The notes below the pieces were generated by a model, which worked only from the letters and a program-made list of their open reading frames with translations, had not been told where the DNA came from and did no database searches. A program made the translations under genes and the position numbers. This document shows, piece after piece, positions 27,873 through 38,986 of a stretch of DNA of 64,000 nt. The stretch is from an uncultured Acidobacteriota bacterium (GTDB lineage Bacteria; Acidobacteriota; Vicinamibacteria; Vicinamibacterales; 2-12-FULL-66-21): contig CAWIWL010000013.1 of the NCBI GenBank assembly GCA_963839705.1, forward strand, positions 453,950 to 517,949, written 5' to 3'. Each line of letters begins with the position of its first letter. The stretch's first letter is position 1.

Positions 27873-28020
27873 ATCTCTCCTTGAATCCAGCCTAACCCGG
27901 CCTTGATCCCCAACCCGGCCGCGACTCGCCTAAGTCTCGGGGCCCCGGGCGGTTGCAGTTTACCTGATCGATCTACTCTCTTGGACGCTTCCGCGTTTCA
28001 TTTGGCCCCCGCCAGCTCAT

Positions 28021-28144
28021 CCGTAGTGAGATTCGTAGCGTCCGGCTTCCCGCCTTCGCGCAAAGCGCTTCGGCGGGCGCGCCGTAGGCTTGGCGGAGGC
28101 GGGCAGCCGGACCACAGCAAGTCCGCCTGAAGGCGGACACTACG
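28021..28144. repeat. Composite repeat: a REP-A unit whose hairpin loop is occupied by a family-B element (28031-28112), followed by an intact REP-A unit (28121-28144)
   Basis: ATTCGTAGCGTCCGGC..[CCGCCTTCGCGCAAAGCGCTTCGGCGGGCGCGCCGTAGGCTTGGCGGAGGCGG]..GCCGGAC, then GTCCGCCTGAAGGCGGACACTACG. Confidence 0.7.
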
Positions 28145-28166
28145 GCTCAGGGTGATGCGAAGTAGC

Positions 28167-29567
<1,401 letters not shown>

Positions 29568-29573
29568 TTATCC

Positions 29574-29626
29574 CCCTTCGCGCGAAGCGCTCCGGCGGAT
29601 CCGCCGTAGCCGTGGCGGAGGCGGAC
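29574..29626. repeat. GC-rich palindromic repeat family B, copy C
   Basis: CCCTTCGCGCGAAGCGCTCCGGCGGATCCGCCGTAGCCGTGGCGGAGGCGGAC, in the argG/receptor divergent intergenic region. Confidence 0.65.
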
Positions 29627-29667
29627 CGTGCTACCATCCGCGACAGTATTCGCGGGAGGAAATCGTG

Positions 29668-32600
29668 ATGTCGATTCGACTGATGCTCCGTGCTCTGGTT
29701 CTTTTCCTGGCCCTTCCCCTGCACGCAACGGCTCAACAAATCACCACCGGCGTCATCCAGGGATCGGTGGCCGACGCGACCGGCGCGAGCCTGCCTGGCG
29801 TGACCGTCGAGGCGCGCAACGTCGATACCAACTTCGGCCGGACGCTGGTGACCGAAGCGGACGGCCGGTTCGTGTTCCTTCAGCTTGCGCCCGGCAACTA
29901 TCGCATGACGTTCACGCTGCCGGGATTTGCGACGCACATCCAGGAGAACATCGTGCTGACCGTCGGTGGTTTGATCACCCTGCCCGTCGCGATGAAGGTA
30001 TCGGGTGTGTCGGAAACGGTGACGGTCACGACCGCGACCGCCGTCATCGAAACGTCGCGAACCGCATCGGCGACGACGCTGAATCAGAACACGATCGAGA
30101 CCATCCCGATCCTGGGCCGGAAGTTCGAGGATCTGCTGACGCTGACGCCGGGCGTGGCGATTGTCCAGGGGGCGGACGGCGACGAGATCAGCTTCGCCGG
30201 GCAGCGCGGCATCTTCAACAACATCAGCCTCGACGGCGGCGACTACAACAACGGGTTCTTCGGCGAGCAGGCGGGGGGACAGCGCGCGTCGATCGACATC
30301 ACGCTCGACGCGATCAAAGAATTCCAGGTCATTGCGACCGGCGCGCCGGCCGAGTTCGGCCGCACCGCCGGGGGCGTCGTCAATGTCGTCACCAAGTCCG
30401 GCACCAACGCCGCCAGGGGCAGCGTGTTCTACTTCCAGCGGCTGGAGGAGCTGACGGGTGATCTGTCCGACGGATCGAAGCTCGAGGGTTTCCACCGCGA
30501 GCAGTACGGCGGCACGGTCGGCGGTCCCATCAAGAAGGACAAGGCGTTCTTCTTTCTGGCGACAGAGGGGATCAACGCGAACTTCGAACGGCCGAATCTG
30601 AGCCGTCAGCTCGGTGACGTCCCGTGTCCCCTGGCGAATCCGACGGTGCCGCAGAACGAGTCGCTCATCAACTCGGTCCCCGACTGCCAGCGGACGGCGC
30701 TGCTTTCTTTCTTCCAGTCGCGGCTGAACATAAACGAAGGTACACCCATCGACCATCCGCAGCGGACGACGGCCATCCTCGGCAAGATCGACGTCGTCGC
30801 CAATGCCAGCAATAACATCTCGGGCTCGTGGAACTTCAACCACTCGCGGAAGACGAACGAAACGTTCGACGTGGCGACTTTCGGCCCGTCGGCGAACGGG
30901 ATCGAGGGCGATCCTGCGCGCATCAACGTGATGAACCTCAACTGGTTCACAACCCTGTCCGCGCGGACGGTGAACGAGGCGCACTTCACATACTCGCGTG
31001 AGAGCCGGCCCCGCACCGCAGCGGGGTCCGGACTCACCGCCGATACCGGCATGGGCTTCGGCCCCTCGTTCCGATTTGGCGATCCGTTTTTTCTCCAGCC
31101 GAACGTCGACGAGCTCATCTGGCGCACGCAGATCAAGGACAGCCTCTCGATCGTCACCGGCAAGCACACCTATAAGGTGGGCGGCGAGTGGATGCACACG
31201 CTGAACGATCAGGTGTTCCGCGGCTTCTTCAACGGCCGCTACATCTTCAGCAGCGTGTCCGGCTTCCTGCGCTACGCGTCGCCAGCTGCGACGGGCGGAT
31301 TCGGTCCGAACACGGTCGGCTGCTCCAACGGCTCCTTTGTCACGTTCCCGGCGGCATGCCCTGCGGGAACGACGACCGACGGAGGGCCGCTCCTCCTCTA
31401 CCTGCAGGGCGCGGGCCGCACCGGCCTGGCGACCGACGCGACCGGCGCATCGGTTATCTCGAACGACGAGTTCTCGCTCTTCGCGCAGGACTCCTGGCAG
31501 GTGCGTTCGAACCTCACCCTGAACTACGGGTTGCGCTGGGACTCGCAGCGGATGCCCGAAACCGTCGATCCGACGACGACCGCGTATGGCGCGTTTCTCG
31601 ACGATCCGACGTTCCCGTCCGACGGCACGATTCCGAGCCAGTGGAGCATGTGGCAGCCGCGCCTTGGCGTCGCCTGGGATGTGAGCAGCAATGGACAGTC
31701 GCTGGTGCGTGCGAGCTGGGGCGTGTACTACGCCCGGCAAAACATGCTGAGCCAGGTCGGATCGGTGACGACCAATGGCCTCCAGCAGCAGACGATCTTC
31801 GCGAACACCCAGAACTTATTGGATTTCGGAGCGCCGACGCCCACGTGGCCGGGCGTCGTGACCCCCGCGCCGCTCCCCGACGGCCAGTTCCCAGACTTCA
31901 GCGGCGTGCGTGTGTTCGATCGCGACTACAAGAATCCGTACGTCCTCGCCTTCAACGTTGCCTTCGAGCAGCAGCTGGCGCCGGACTGGGCGGGGTATGT
32001 CGATTTCATCTGGAACGAGGGCAAAGACCTGACGCGGTTCCTCAACTACAACCGAAGCGGACCTGTGTGCTGCTCGGCCGGTCCAGGAACGGGCAACAGC
32101 TACGACTACACCGGCTCGCCCTGGGGCCTTCAGCTCGACGAGGTGATGGTGACAAACAGCCGGGGGTCGTCGAAGTATCGAGGGCTGACCCTGGGGGTGA
32201 GAAAGCGGCTCTCGAACGGCTTCCAGCTCGAAGGAAACTACGTGCTGTCCAAGGATGAAGACGACGACTCGAACGAGCGCGATCCGTTTACCGACTACAG
32301 CTTCAACTTCTTCGATCTGTCGAAGGATTGGGGTCCATCGAATCGCGACATCCGCCACAAGTTCAACTTCTTCAGCTACTTCATCATCCCGAAGGGGTTC
32401 TGGGCGAACACGCGTGTGCAGTATCGTGGTCCTCAGCCGATCACAGCGGATCCGCGCAGCCTCGACGGCACCGATCGCGGTCGCAACGGAGAGCGTAAGG
32501 ACAACGAGTACTTCTCGTTCGACTGGCGCCTGGGGCGGCCGTTCCGATTCGGCGGGCGCTACGAGATGACGCCGATCCTCGAGATGTTCAACACGTTCAA

Positions 32601-32718
32601 CAACAAGAACCAAATCAACTCGCTGACCACAAACCTGCTCTTCGACTTCTCCGGGTTCCTCCGGACCGGCGTCGGCGATCCAAGGCAGATGCAGCTGGCG
32701 GTGAAGTTCACGTTCTGA
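29668..32718 (+). CDS. TonB-dependent receptor with a carboxypeptidase-regulatory-like N-domain
   Basis: ATG 29668 follows GGGAGGA. There is a signal peptide, then GVIQGSVADATGASLPGVTVEARN.., a plug region NTIETIPILGRKFEDLL, and a terminal aromatic residue (KFTF). Confidence 0.85.
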   Translation: MSIRLMLRALVLFLALPLHATAQQITTGVIQGSVADATGASLPGVTVEARNVDTNFGRTLVTEADGRFVFLQLAPGNYRMTFTLPGFATHIQENIVLTVGGLITLPVAMKVSGVSETVTVTTATAVIETSRTASATTLNQNTIETIPILGRKFEDLLTLTPGVAIVQGADGDEISFAGQRGIFNNISLDGGDYNNGFFGEQAGGQRASIDITLDAIKEFQVIATGAPAEFGRTAGGVVNVVTKSGTNAARGSVFYFQRLEELTGDLSDGSKLEGFHREQYGGTVGGPIKKDKAFFFLATEGINANFERPNLSRQLGDVPCPLANPTVPQNESLINSVPDCQRTALLSFFQSRLNINEGTPIDHPQRTTAILGKIDVVANASNNISGSWNFNHSRKTNETFDVATFGPSANGIEGDPARINVMNLNWFTTLSARTVNEAHFTYSRESRPRTAAGSGLTADTGMGFGPSFRFGDPFFLQPNVDELIWRTQIKDSLSIVTGKHTYKVGGEWMHTLNDQVFRGFFNGRYIFSSVSGFLRYASPAATGGFGPNTVGCSNGSFVTFPAACPAGTTTDGGPLLLYLQGAGRTGLATDATGASVISNDEFSLFAQDSWQVRSNLTLNYGLRWDSQRMPETVDPTTTAYGAFLDDPTFPSDGTIPSQWSMWQPRLGVAWDVSSNGQSLVRASWGVYYARQNMLSQVGSVTTNGLQQQTIFANTQNLLDFGAPTPTWPGVVTPAPLPDGQFPDFSGVRVFDRDYKNPYVLAFNVAFEQQLAPDWAGYVDFIWNEGKDLTRFLNYNRSGPVCCSAGPGTGNSYDYTGSPWGLQLDEVMVTNSRGSSKYRGLTLGVRKRLSNGFQLEGNYVLSKDEDDDSNERDPFTDYSFNFFDLSKDWGPSNRDIRHKFNFFSYFIIPKGFWANTRVQYRGPQPITADPRSLDGTDRGRNGERKDNEYFSFDWRLGRPFRFGGRYEMTPILEMFNTFNNKNQINSLTTNLLFDFSGFLRTGVGDPRQMQLAVKFTF

Positions 32719-32737
32719 GGGCTTCAATGATCCGGAC

Positions 32738-32836
32738 GCCCGTAGCGCCGAACTTCAGTTCGGCGTGAGCGACCGTGACGCGCAACTAATCGGCGTGAGC
32801 GACCGTGACGCGCAACTAAAGTTGCGCGCTACGGGC
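32738..32836. repeat. REP-like inverted pair (CGTAG-hairpin ... hairpin-CTACG) containing a 30-bp tandem duplication (32761-32790 / 32791-32820, 29/30 identical)
   Basis: Read directly; lies between convergent genes. Confidence 0.75.
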
Positions 32837-32853
32837 GCCTAAAAATCCAAAGC

Positions 32854-33291
32854 CTACTGTGCCCCGCAGGACGACGCACGCATCCGCAGCGACGACACGT
32901 CCATGACGGCCTGATCCGCCGCCTGGCTGGGGATCGACCTGGTGCCGGCGACGGGCGAGCCCCCGCTGAACGTCGCCGGCCCGGCCTTCATGCCCTTGTC
33001 GTCGAGCGCGGAACGTTTGACGATGCCCGTCACCTCGACGAGGTGTCCCTGATGCTTCTTCAGCTCGTCGGTGACGGGCTTCTTGGTCGCGAGACGAAAC
33101 GTGCGTTCCCCGACGTAGGGGCCGCTTTCCACGTCGGTCCGCCGCTGGTCGACCGTCTTGAGCACGCGTCCCGTCAGGCAGCCGACGACGTTCAGCTCGA
33201 TCGAGTCCTTGGGGACCTTCGGTTTCTCTTGCGGGGTCTCCTGAGGGGCAGCGAGCGCGAGCGCGACGAGTATGGCGGCGAGCGGAGTCAT
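32854..33291 (-). CDS. Secreted hypothetical protein (145 aa)
   Basis: Hydrophobic N-terminus MTPLAAILVALALAA and protein-like composition. Confidence 0.5.
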   Translation of the reverse strand: MTPLAAILVALALAAPQETPQEKPKVPKDSIELNVVGCLTGRVLKTVDQRRTDVESGPYVGERTFRLATKKPVTDELKKHQGHLVEVTGIVKRSALDDKGMKAGPATFSGGSPVAGTRSIPSQAADQAVMDVSSLRMRASSCGAQ

Positions 33292-33403
33292 GGAGTCACC
33301 TTTCAGGCGCCCCTCGACGATACCACGCCGCGGCCCGAGCCGTGAGGCGAGATCGGCCGCGAGGTGGCGGAGGGGTCATATAATCCTGGGCGCAGGAGGA
33401 TCC

Positions 33404-35020
33404 ATGTCTCTCACTTCCTCGGTGGCGATTGCCGTTGTTGCTCTGTTCGTGCCGATTTCCGCTCAGCAGTCACACGAGCACGGCGGAGCAGAGAAGCTCG
33501 GGACCGTTCGTTTCAGTAATTCGTGCACGGCCGAGGCTCAGCCGGCTTTCGGGCGGGCGATGGCGCTGCTGCATTCCTTCGAGTTTGCGCCGGCCATCGA
33601 GAGCTTTACCGCGGCAGGCACGGCCGATCCCGGCTGCGCGATTGCCTCCTGGGGGATCGCGCTCAGCCGGTGGGGGAATCCGTTCGCGGCGGGGATCAAG
33701 GCGCCGGCCCAGCTCGAGGCTGGCCGTGCGGCGATTGCCAAGGCCAGGACGATCGGCGCGAAAACGGACCGCGAGCGCGACTACATCGCGGCCGCCGGGC
33801 GACTATTTGCTGACTTCGAGAAGGTCGACCAGCGCACGCGTCTTCTGGCCTACCGCGACGCGATGGCGGATCTCGCGGCTCGGTATGCCGACGATCCCGA
33901 GGCGTCAGCCTTCTACGCGCTGGCGCTGGCGGCCAGCAACGATCCGACAGACCAGACCTCGGCGAGCCTGATCAAAGCCGGCGCGATCCTCGAGCGGCTC
34001 GCACCGCAGCAGCCCGACCATCCGGGCTTCGTGCACTACATCATCCACGCCTACGATGTGCCGCTGCTCGCGCCGAAGGCGGTGAATGCGGCACGCGGCT
34101 ACGCCAAGATCGCACCGTCGGCCCCGCACGCCCTGCACATGCCGTCGCACACCTTCACCCGTCTCGGCTACTGGCAGGAGTCCGTCGACACCAACATCGC
34201 GTCGGCGGCGGCCGCGCGGCGAGAGAAATCCACCGGCGAAGAGCTTCACGCGATGGACTACCAGACCTATGCCTATCTGCAGATGGCGCAGGATCGCGCC
34301 GCCAGGGGCCTGGTCGATGCCCTTCCTGAGGTCATCACACGCATCAATCCCGGCGCCGTCTCCTCGAGCCCTCCGATCGCCGGGGTCTTCGCGCTTGCGG
34401 CGATCCCCGCTCGCTACGCGCTCGAACGCCGGGCGTGGGACGAGGCGGTTCGACTTGAGCTCCGGCCCAGCCGCTTCCCGCACGCCGACGCGATCACCTG
34501 GTTCGCGCGCGGACTCGGCGCGGCGCACACCGGAGATCAGCAGACCGCTCGCGCGGCGATCGATGCCCTGCAACAGCTCGAAGCGCAGCTCGCGACGGCC
34601 GGCGAGAGCTACTGGGCCGAGCAGGTCGCGATCCAGCGGCTCGGCGTGTCGGCGTGGATCGCGTTCAAAGACGGCCGGACCGACGAAGGATTGACGACGA
34701 TGCGAATCGCCGCCGACCGCGAGGACCGGACCGAGAAGAACGCAGTGACGCCTGGACCCATTGCACCGGCACGTGAGCTTCTCGGATACATGCTGATCGC
34801 GGCGAAGCGCCCGGCCGATGCCCTCGCGGCGTTCGATATCACGCTGACGAAGGAGCCCAATCGCTACCGCGCGCTCGCCGGCGCACTCGAGGCGGCACGG
34901 TTGTCCGGCAGCGAGACCGCCGAGCGGAAGTATGTCCAACCATTGCTCACGCTGACGTCGAAGGCCGATGTCCCCGGCCGTCCCGAGGTCGCGGCGCTGA
35001 AGAAGGGTGCCAGACAATGA
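33404..35020 (+). CDS. Secreted helical-repeat (TPR-like) hypothetical protein
   Basis: ATG 33404 follows AGGAGGA. There is a signal peptide, then a long alpha-helical repeat-like sequence with HYIIHAYD and HMPSHTF motifs. Confidence 0.6.
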   Translation: MSLTSSVAIAVVALFVPISAQQSHEHGGAEKLGTVRFSNSCTAEAQPAFGRAMALLHSFEFAPAIESFTAAGTADPGCAIASWGIALSRWGNPFAAGIKAPAQLEAGRAAIAKARTIGAKTDRERDYIAAAGRLFADFEKVDQRTRLLAYRDAMADLAARYADDPEASAFYALALAASNDPTDQTSASLIKAGAILERLAPQQPDHPGFVHYIIHAYDVPLLAPKAVNAARGYAKIAPSAPHALHMPSHTFTRLGYWQESVDTNIASAAAARREKSTGEELHAMDYQTYAYLQMAQDRAARGLVDALPEVITRINPGAVSSSPPIAGVFALAAIPARYALERRAWDEAVRLELRPSRFPHADAITWFARGLGAAHTGDQQTARAAIDALQQLEAQLATAGESYWAEQVAIQRLGVSAWIAFKDGRTDEGLTTMRIAADREDRTEKNAVTPGPIAPARELLGYMLIAAKRPADALAAFDITLTKEPNRYRALAGALEAARLSGSETAERKYVQPLLTLTSKADVPGRPEVAALKKGARQ

Positions 35021-35035
35021 GCGGTCAGACCTCGG

Positions 35036-36307
35036 GTGCGCGAGTGCTGGGAGTCGCTCGTCTGTGTGGTGGCCGCGGCCGTGTCCCTCGGCGCGCAGGC
35101 TCCTGACTCGCTCGTCCAGCGCATTCGGGCAAGCGCGCAGTACGCTCAGGCGAGCGCCTTCATCGAGACCGACTACGACCGCTTCGTGAACGAGCTCATC
35201 GCGCTCAACGAAATCCCCGCCCCGCCGTTCAAGGAGCAGGCGCGGGCCAGGGCCTACGTCGAGATGCTGCGACAGCAGGGCCTCACCGATGTCGAGATCG
35301 ACGCCGAAGGCAACGCCATGGGCGTCCGCAAGGGCGCCGGCGGAGGACCGATGGTCGCCATCGTCGCTCACCTCGATACCGTGTTCCCCGAAGGGACCGA
35401 CGTCAAGGTCAAGCGGCAAGGCACGCGGTTGGCCGCACCGGGGATCGGCGACAACACGCGCGGCATCGCGCTGATGCTGGCCGTCATCCGGGCGATGGAG
35501 GCTGCGAAGTTCCAGACGACGAGCGACGTGCTCTTTGTCGGCAACGTGGGTGAGGAAGGCGAGGGTGATCTCCGCGGCGCCAAGTTTCTGCTTCGCCAGG
35601 GCAAGTACAAGGATCGCATCAAGCAGTTCATCGCCATCGACGGCGGCGAGCAAGGCAACATCACAAGCGGCGGCGTCGGGAGCCTGCGCTATCGCGTAAC
35701 GTTCAAGGGTCCCGGCGGCCACAGCTACGGGGCGTTCGGGCTCGTCAACCCCGCCTACGCTATGGGCAGCGCGATGGCGATGTTCTCGCGCATCACCGTG
35801 CCGGTTCAGCCGAAGACGACCTTCAACATCGGCGCCGTCCGGGGCGGGACGTCGGTCAACTCGATCCCCGCAGAAGTGAGCATGGACGTGGACATGCGGT
35901 CGGAATCCTGCGCCGAGCTGAAGAAAGTGAACGAGGCGTTTCTCACGATCGTCAAGCAGGCTGTCGACGAGGAGAACGGCGTGCGGTCGACGCGCGAAGG
36001 CAAGATTCAGGCAGACCCGAAGCTGATTGGCGACCGCCCGTGCGGCCAAACGCCTGCCACCTCGCCCATCGTCCAGACGGCGACCGCTGTCGTCAGGGCC
36101 TTCGGCCTGACGCCGAACTATGCGATCAGCAGCACCGATTCCAACGTGCCGATGAACATGGGCATCCCGGCCATCACCATCGGCCGCGGCGGTCCCGGGG
36201 GCAGAGCGCATGCGCCCGACGAGTGGACCGACGTCGAGCGGAAGGGCAGTGTCGAAGCCGTCAAGGTGGCGATGACAGTCATCCTGGCCGTCGCGGGCGT
36301 TCCCTGA
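35036..36307 (+). CDS. M20 family metallopeptidase (peptidase T / tripeptidase-like)
   Basis: AHLDTVFP, GIGDNTRG, GNVGEEGEGDLRGA; GTG start. Confidence 0.8.
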   Translation: MRECWESLVCVVAAAVSLGAQAPDSLVQRIRASAQYAQASAFIETDYDRFVNELIALNEIPAPPFKEQARARAYVEMLRQQGLTDVEIDAEGNAMGVRKGAGGGPMVAIVAHLDTVFPEGTDVKVKRQGTRLAAPGIGDNTRGIALMLAVIRAMEAAKFQTTSDVLFVGNVGEEGEGDLRGAKFLLRQGKYKDRIKQFIAIDGGEQGNITSGGVGSLRYRVTFKGPGGHSYGAFGLVNPAYAMGSAMAMFSRITVPVQPKTTFNIGAVRGGTSVNSIPAEVSMDVDMRSESCAELKKVNEAFLTIVKQAVDEENGVRSTREGKIQADPKLIGDRPCGQTPATSPIVQTATAVVRAFGLTPNYAISSTDSNVPMNMGIPAITIGRGGPGGRAHAPDEWTDVERKGSVEAVKVAMTVILAVAGVP

Positions 36308-37231
36308 TCACTTGCCAACGGGGGTCTTCGCGGATGCGGCCGCGTCGACTCGCCGCTGCATCTGTCCCGAGTCGATCGTCCGGCCGTCGTCGGTAATGGC
36401 CTGAAAGTGCAGCGTGTTGCCGACGATCTCCATCAGCAGGAAGGCGTAGCCCTGATCGAACCCCTTCGCGGTGAGATCCGAGCCAGTGATGTTGCCGCGC
36501 CGGACCTTTGCCGCGCTCCCGGCGATGATGTAGTTGATGCCGTGCTGGGGCTTGATGCGCTCGTAGAAGTGCTCGTGGCCGGTCAGCACCAGATCCACGC
36601 CGTGCTTCAGGAAGATCGGCTCCAACAGATCGCGCAGCTTGGTATCGGATCCGTGCGTGTCCCCGGATGAATAGAGGGGATGATGGAAGAAGCAGATCTT
36701 CCACTCCGAGCCGCTGGCAGCCAGTTCCTTCTCGAGCCACTCGACCTGGGCCTTGTCCACGTAGTTGCTGTCGAGCGCAAAGAAGCGGACGCTGCCCTGC
36801 GACGGCTTGAAGGAGTAGAACCGCTCGCCGTTCATGTTGAAGGGCTTGTAGAACCGCTGGTTCGGGTCGTCGTGATTCCCGAGCGCGCTGTAGAACTTGA
36901 CGCCCGCGTCGAGCAGCGGCTTGTACGGCCGTTCGAACTTGTCCGCGAAATCGGCCGGCGTTTCGCCGCCGTAGAGATTGTCGCCGAGCATCAGCGTGAA
37001 CTCGAACGGGAACGTCTCCCGCGCCGCCGCCAACCGCTGCGCGACGCGGAGTTGCGCGCTTCCACCGGTGCCGCTGTCGCCGATGACCGCGAACTTCACC
37101 GATTTCGCGTCTCGTGGCAGGGAGATCTCCTGGGCACGTGCCGGAGCGGCCCGTTGACCGCCGACGGCGAGCCCGACGGTGAAACCGACTGCGATAACGA
37201 CGAGTGAGGCCGACTTAACCAGCCGGAGCAT
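36308..37231 (-). CDS. Calcineurin-like metallophosphoesterase (purple-acid-phosphatase-like), secreted
   Basis: VIGDSG, LGDNLY, GNHD, FFHHP, GHEHFYER. Confidence 0.85.
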   Translation of the reverse strand: MLRLVKSASLVVIAVGFTVGLAVGGQRAAPARAQEISLPRDAKSVKFAVIGDSGTGGSAQLRVAQRLAAARETFPFEFTLMLGDNLYGGETPADFADKFERPYKPLLDAGVKFYSALGNHDDPNQRFYKPFNMNGERFYSFKPSQGSVRFFALDSNYVDKAQVEWLEKELAASGSEWKICFFHHPLYSSGDTHGSDTKLRDLLEPIFLKHGVDLVLTGHEHFYERIKPQHGINYIIAGSAAKVRRGNITGSDLTAKGFDQGYAFLLMEIVGNTLHFQAITDDGRTIDSGQMQRRVDAAASAKTPVGK

Positions 37232-37241
37232 GGAACCCCCT

Positions 37242-37813
37242 TCAACGCATAACGCGCGGGATGAAATCGACGATCAGGTTCGCGTGGACGTCGCGAAGGA
37301 TGAGATCGCGTCCAACGATCCGGTATCCAGATCCTCGGGCAGTTGCGGCAGGTTGGCCAGGATGTTGGGTGGAACCGTCGGGAGCGCGTCAGCCGTGTAC
37401 GGTGCGTTTACCTTCAACGCGATAGCCGGCGGCGCATCCTCCTTGATCACTTCCTTCGTCTTGACGCCCTTCGTGCCGGTCACTTCGGGGTAGATCAGCT
37501 GCCGCAACCGCTCGGCGATCTCGGGCGTGAAGATGTCGCCCTGCTTCGCGCCCGCGCGCTCGCTGCGGATGGCCGTTGCGAGTGCCTGCTGTGAGGCCTG
37601 TATTTTCGCCGGATCGTCCACCTTCTTCAGCGGCGGCGTCTCCTTCTCGAGCCGCTTGTGGAGCTCCATGTACTTGTCGATGCGCTGTTTGAAGTCCAGC
37701 AGCACCAGCGCTTCGGCGTTGACCTTCGGGCCATCGGGCTTGGGTTGCTGGATACCAACATTGGCCGTCGCCATTCCACAGCTCAGCACGAGAACTGCTC
37801 CGATTCCTTGCAT
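37242..37813 (-). pseudogene. Conserved hypothetical (probable lipoprotein), frame broken at about 37326 (1 nt missing)
   Basis: ORF 37274..37921 ends ..LPQLPEDLDTGSLDAISSF.. in what looks like nonsense. Shifting one base gives YRIVGRDLILRDVHANLIVDFIPRVMR*, with a stop at 37242 that sits 10 nt before the downstream start. Confidence 0.55.
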
Positions 37814-37960
37814 CAGACACACTCCGCTGCCTGAGTCTTCAGGATGCGTGCCCACTGTTGACGAGCTCTGCTGGTGTGCGACAATGGGGGTGCCTGCCTT
37901 GCCTGAGCCTTGGCGCTCCACGCGTGCGCCGGGGCCCGTTCTGGTTTAGAGGTACTTCCG

Positions 37961-38983
37961 ATGAGCTCCCACGTGAGCACTTTCAGAGGCGCCGCCCTCC
38001 GCTCGCGCTATGTCGTGCCGGCGGTGACTGTCGTCTGCGCCGCAGCGCTGTGTGTGTCGATCGCCGGCCAACAGCAGACGCCGTTCAAGAGCGGCGCGAG
38101 CACGGTTGCGGTGTACACCACCGTGACCGACTCGACCGGCCGGCTGGTGCCCGATCTCACCAAAGACGACTTCGAGGTCTACGACAACGGCAAGCTCCAG
38201 CCGATCACGCTCTTCAACACCGAGACGCAGCCCATCTCGGTCATCGTGATGCTCGACCGGAGCGGCAGCATGAAGGAGAACTTCCGGCTCGTCTCGGTCG
38301 GCGCCGAGGAGTTCATCAAACGGCTGCTGCCTGCCGACAAGGCCCGCATCGGCAGCTTCGCCACCAAGATAGAGATCAGTCCCGAAGAGTTCACGAGCGA
38401 CCGGCGGGCGTTGGTCGAGATCCTCCGCTCCGAGCTGCAGCCCGACGGACCGACGCCGCTCTGGAATGCCGCCAACGTCGCCATCAGGGAACTGCTGCCC
38501 CAGGACGGGCGCAAGGTCGTCCTGCTCTTTACCGACGGCGTGGACAGCCCGGGCAACTTCAAGACGAACAACCTCAGCGTGATGGACGTGATGGAGCGCG
38601 CGACCAAGGAAGACGTGATGCTGTACGCGATCGGTCTCGAGAGCCGCTTGCCGTACGGCCGTACGCAGGCACCACTTGGGGGCGGCGGCTTTACCGGCGG
38701 GTTTGGCGGCGGTGGCGGCGGCGGGATGACGCAGCGGCCCGATCCGGGGCTGCCGAAGATTGCCTCGGAAACCGGCGGCGGCTACTTCGAGCTGACCCGA
38801 GCCGACGATCTGAAGTCGACCTTCGCCCGCGTCGCCGACGAGCTGCACCAGCAGTACGCGCTCGGGTTTGCGCCGACCAAGCTCGATGGCAAGACACACG
38901 ACCTCGAGGTCAAGGTCAAGACCAAGGGCATGAAAGCCAGGGCGCGCAAGAGCTACGTCGCGGCGAAGGCGCCGACGTCCTGA
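37961..38983 (+). CDS. VWA domain-containing protein (acidobacterial type), secreted
   Basis: MIDAS-like VMLDRSGSM, a Gly-rich linker, and a C-terminal YALGFAPTKLDGKTHDLEVKVK. Confidence 0.75.
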   Translation: MSSHVSTFRGAALRSRYVVPAVTVVCAAALCVSIAGQQQTPFKSGASTVAVYTTVTDSTGRLVPDLTKDDFEVYDNGKLQPITLFNTETQPISVIVMLDRSGSMKENFRLVSVGAEEFIKRLLPADKARIGSFATKIEISPEEFTSDRRALVEILRSELQPDGPTPLWNAANVAIRELLPQDGRKVVLLFTDGVDSPGNFKTNNLSVMDVMERATKEDVMLYAIGLESRLPYGRTQAPLGGGGFTGGFGGGGGGGMTQRPDPGLPKIASETGGGYFELTRADDLKSTFARVADELHQQYALGFAPTKLDGKTHDLEVKVKTKGMKARARKSYVAAKAPTS

Positions 38984-38986
38984 CGC

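Noticed and set aside
33905-36211. 768-aa minus-strand ORF spanning two plus-strand genes
   Set aside because: It overlaps the TPR-like and M20 peptidase genes in antisense. The composition is Arg-rich nonsense, and it crosses an intergenic gap, which real genes opposite two genes rarely do.
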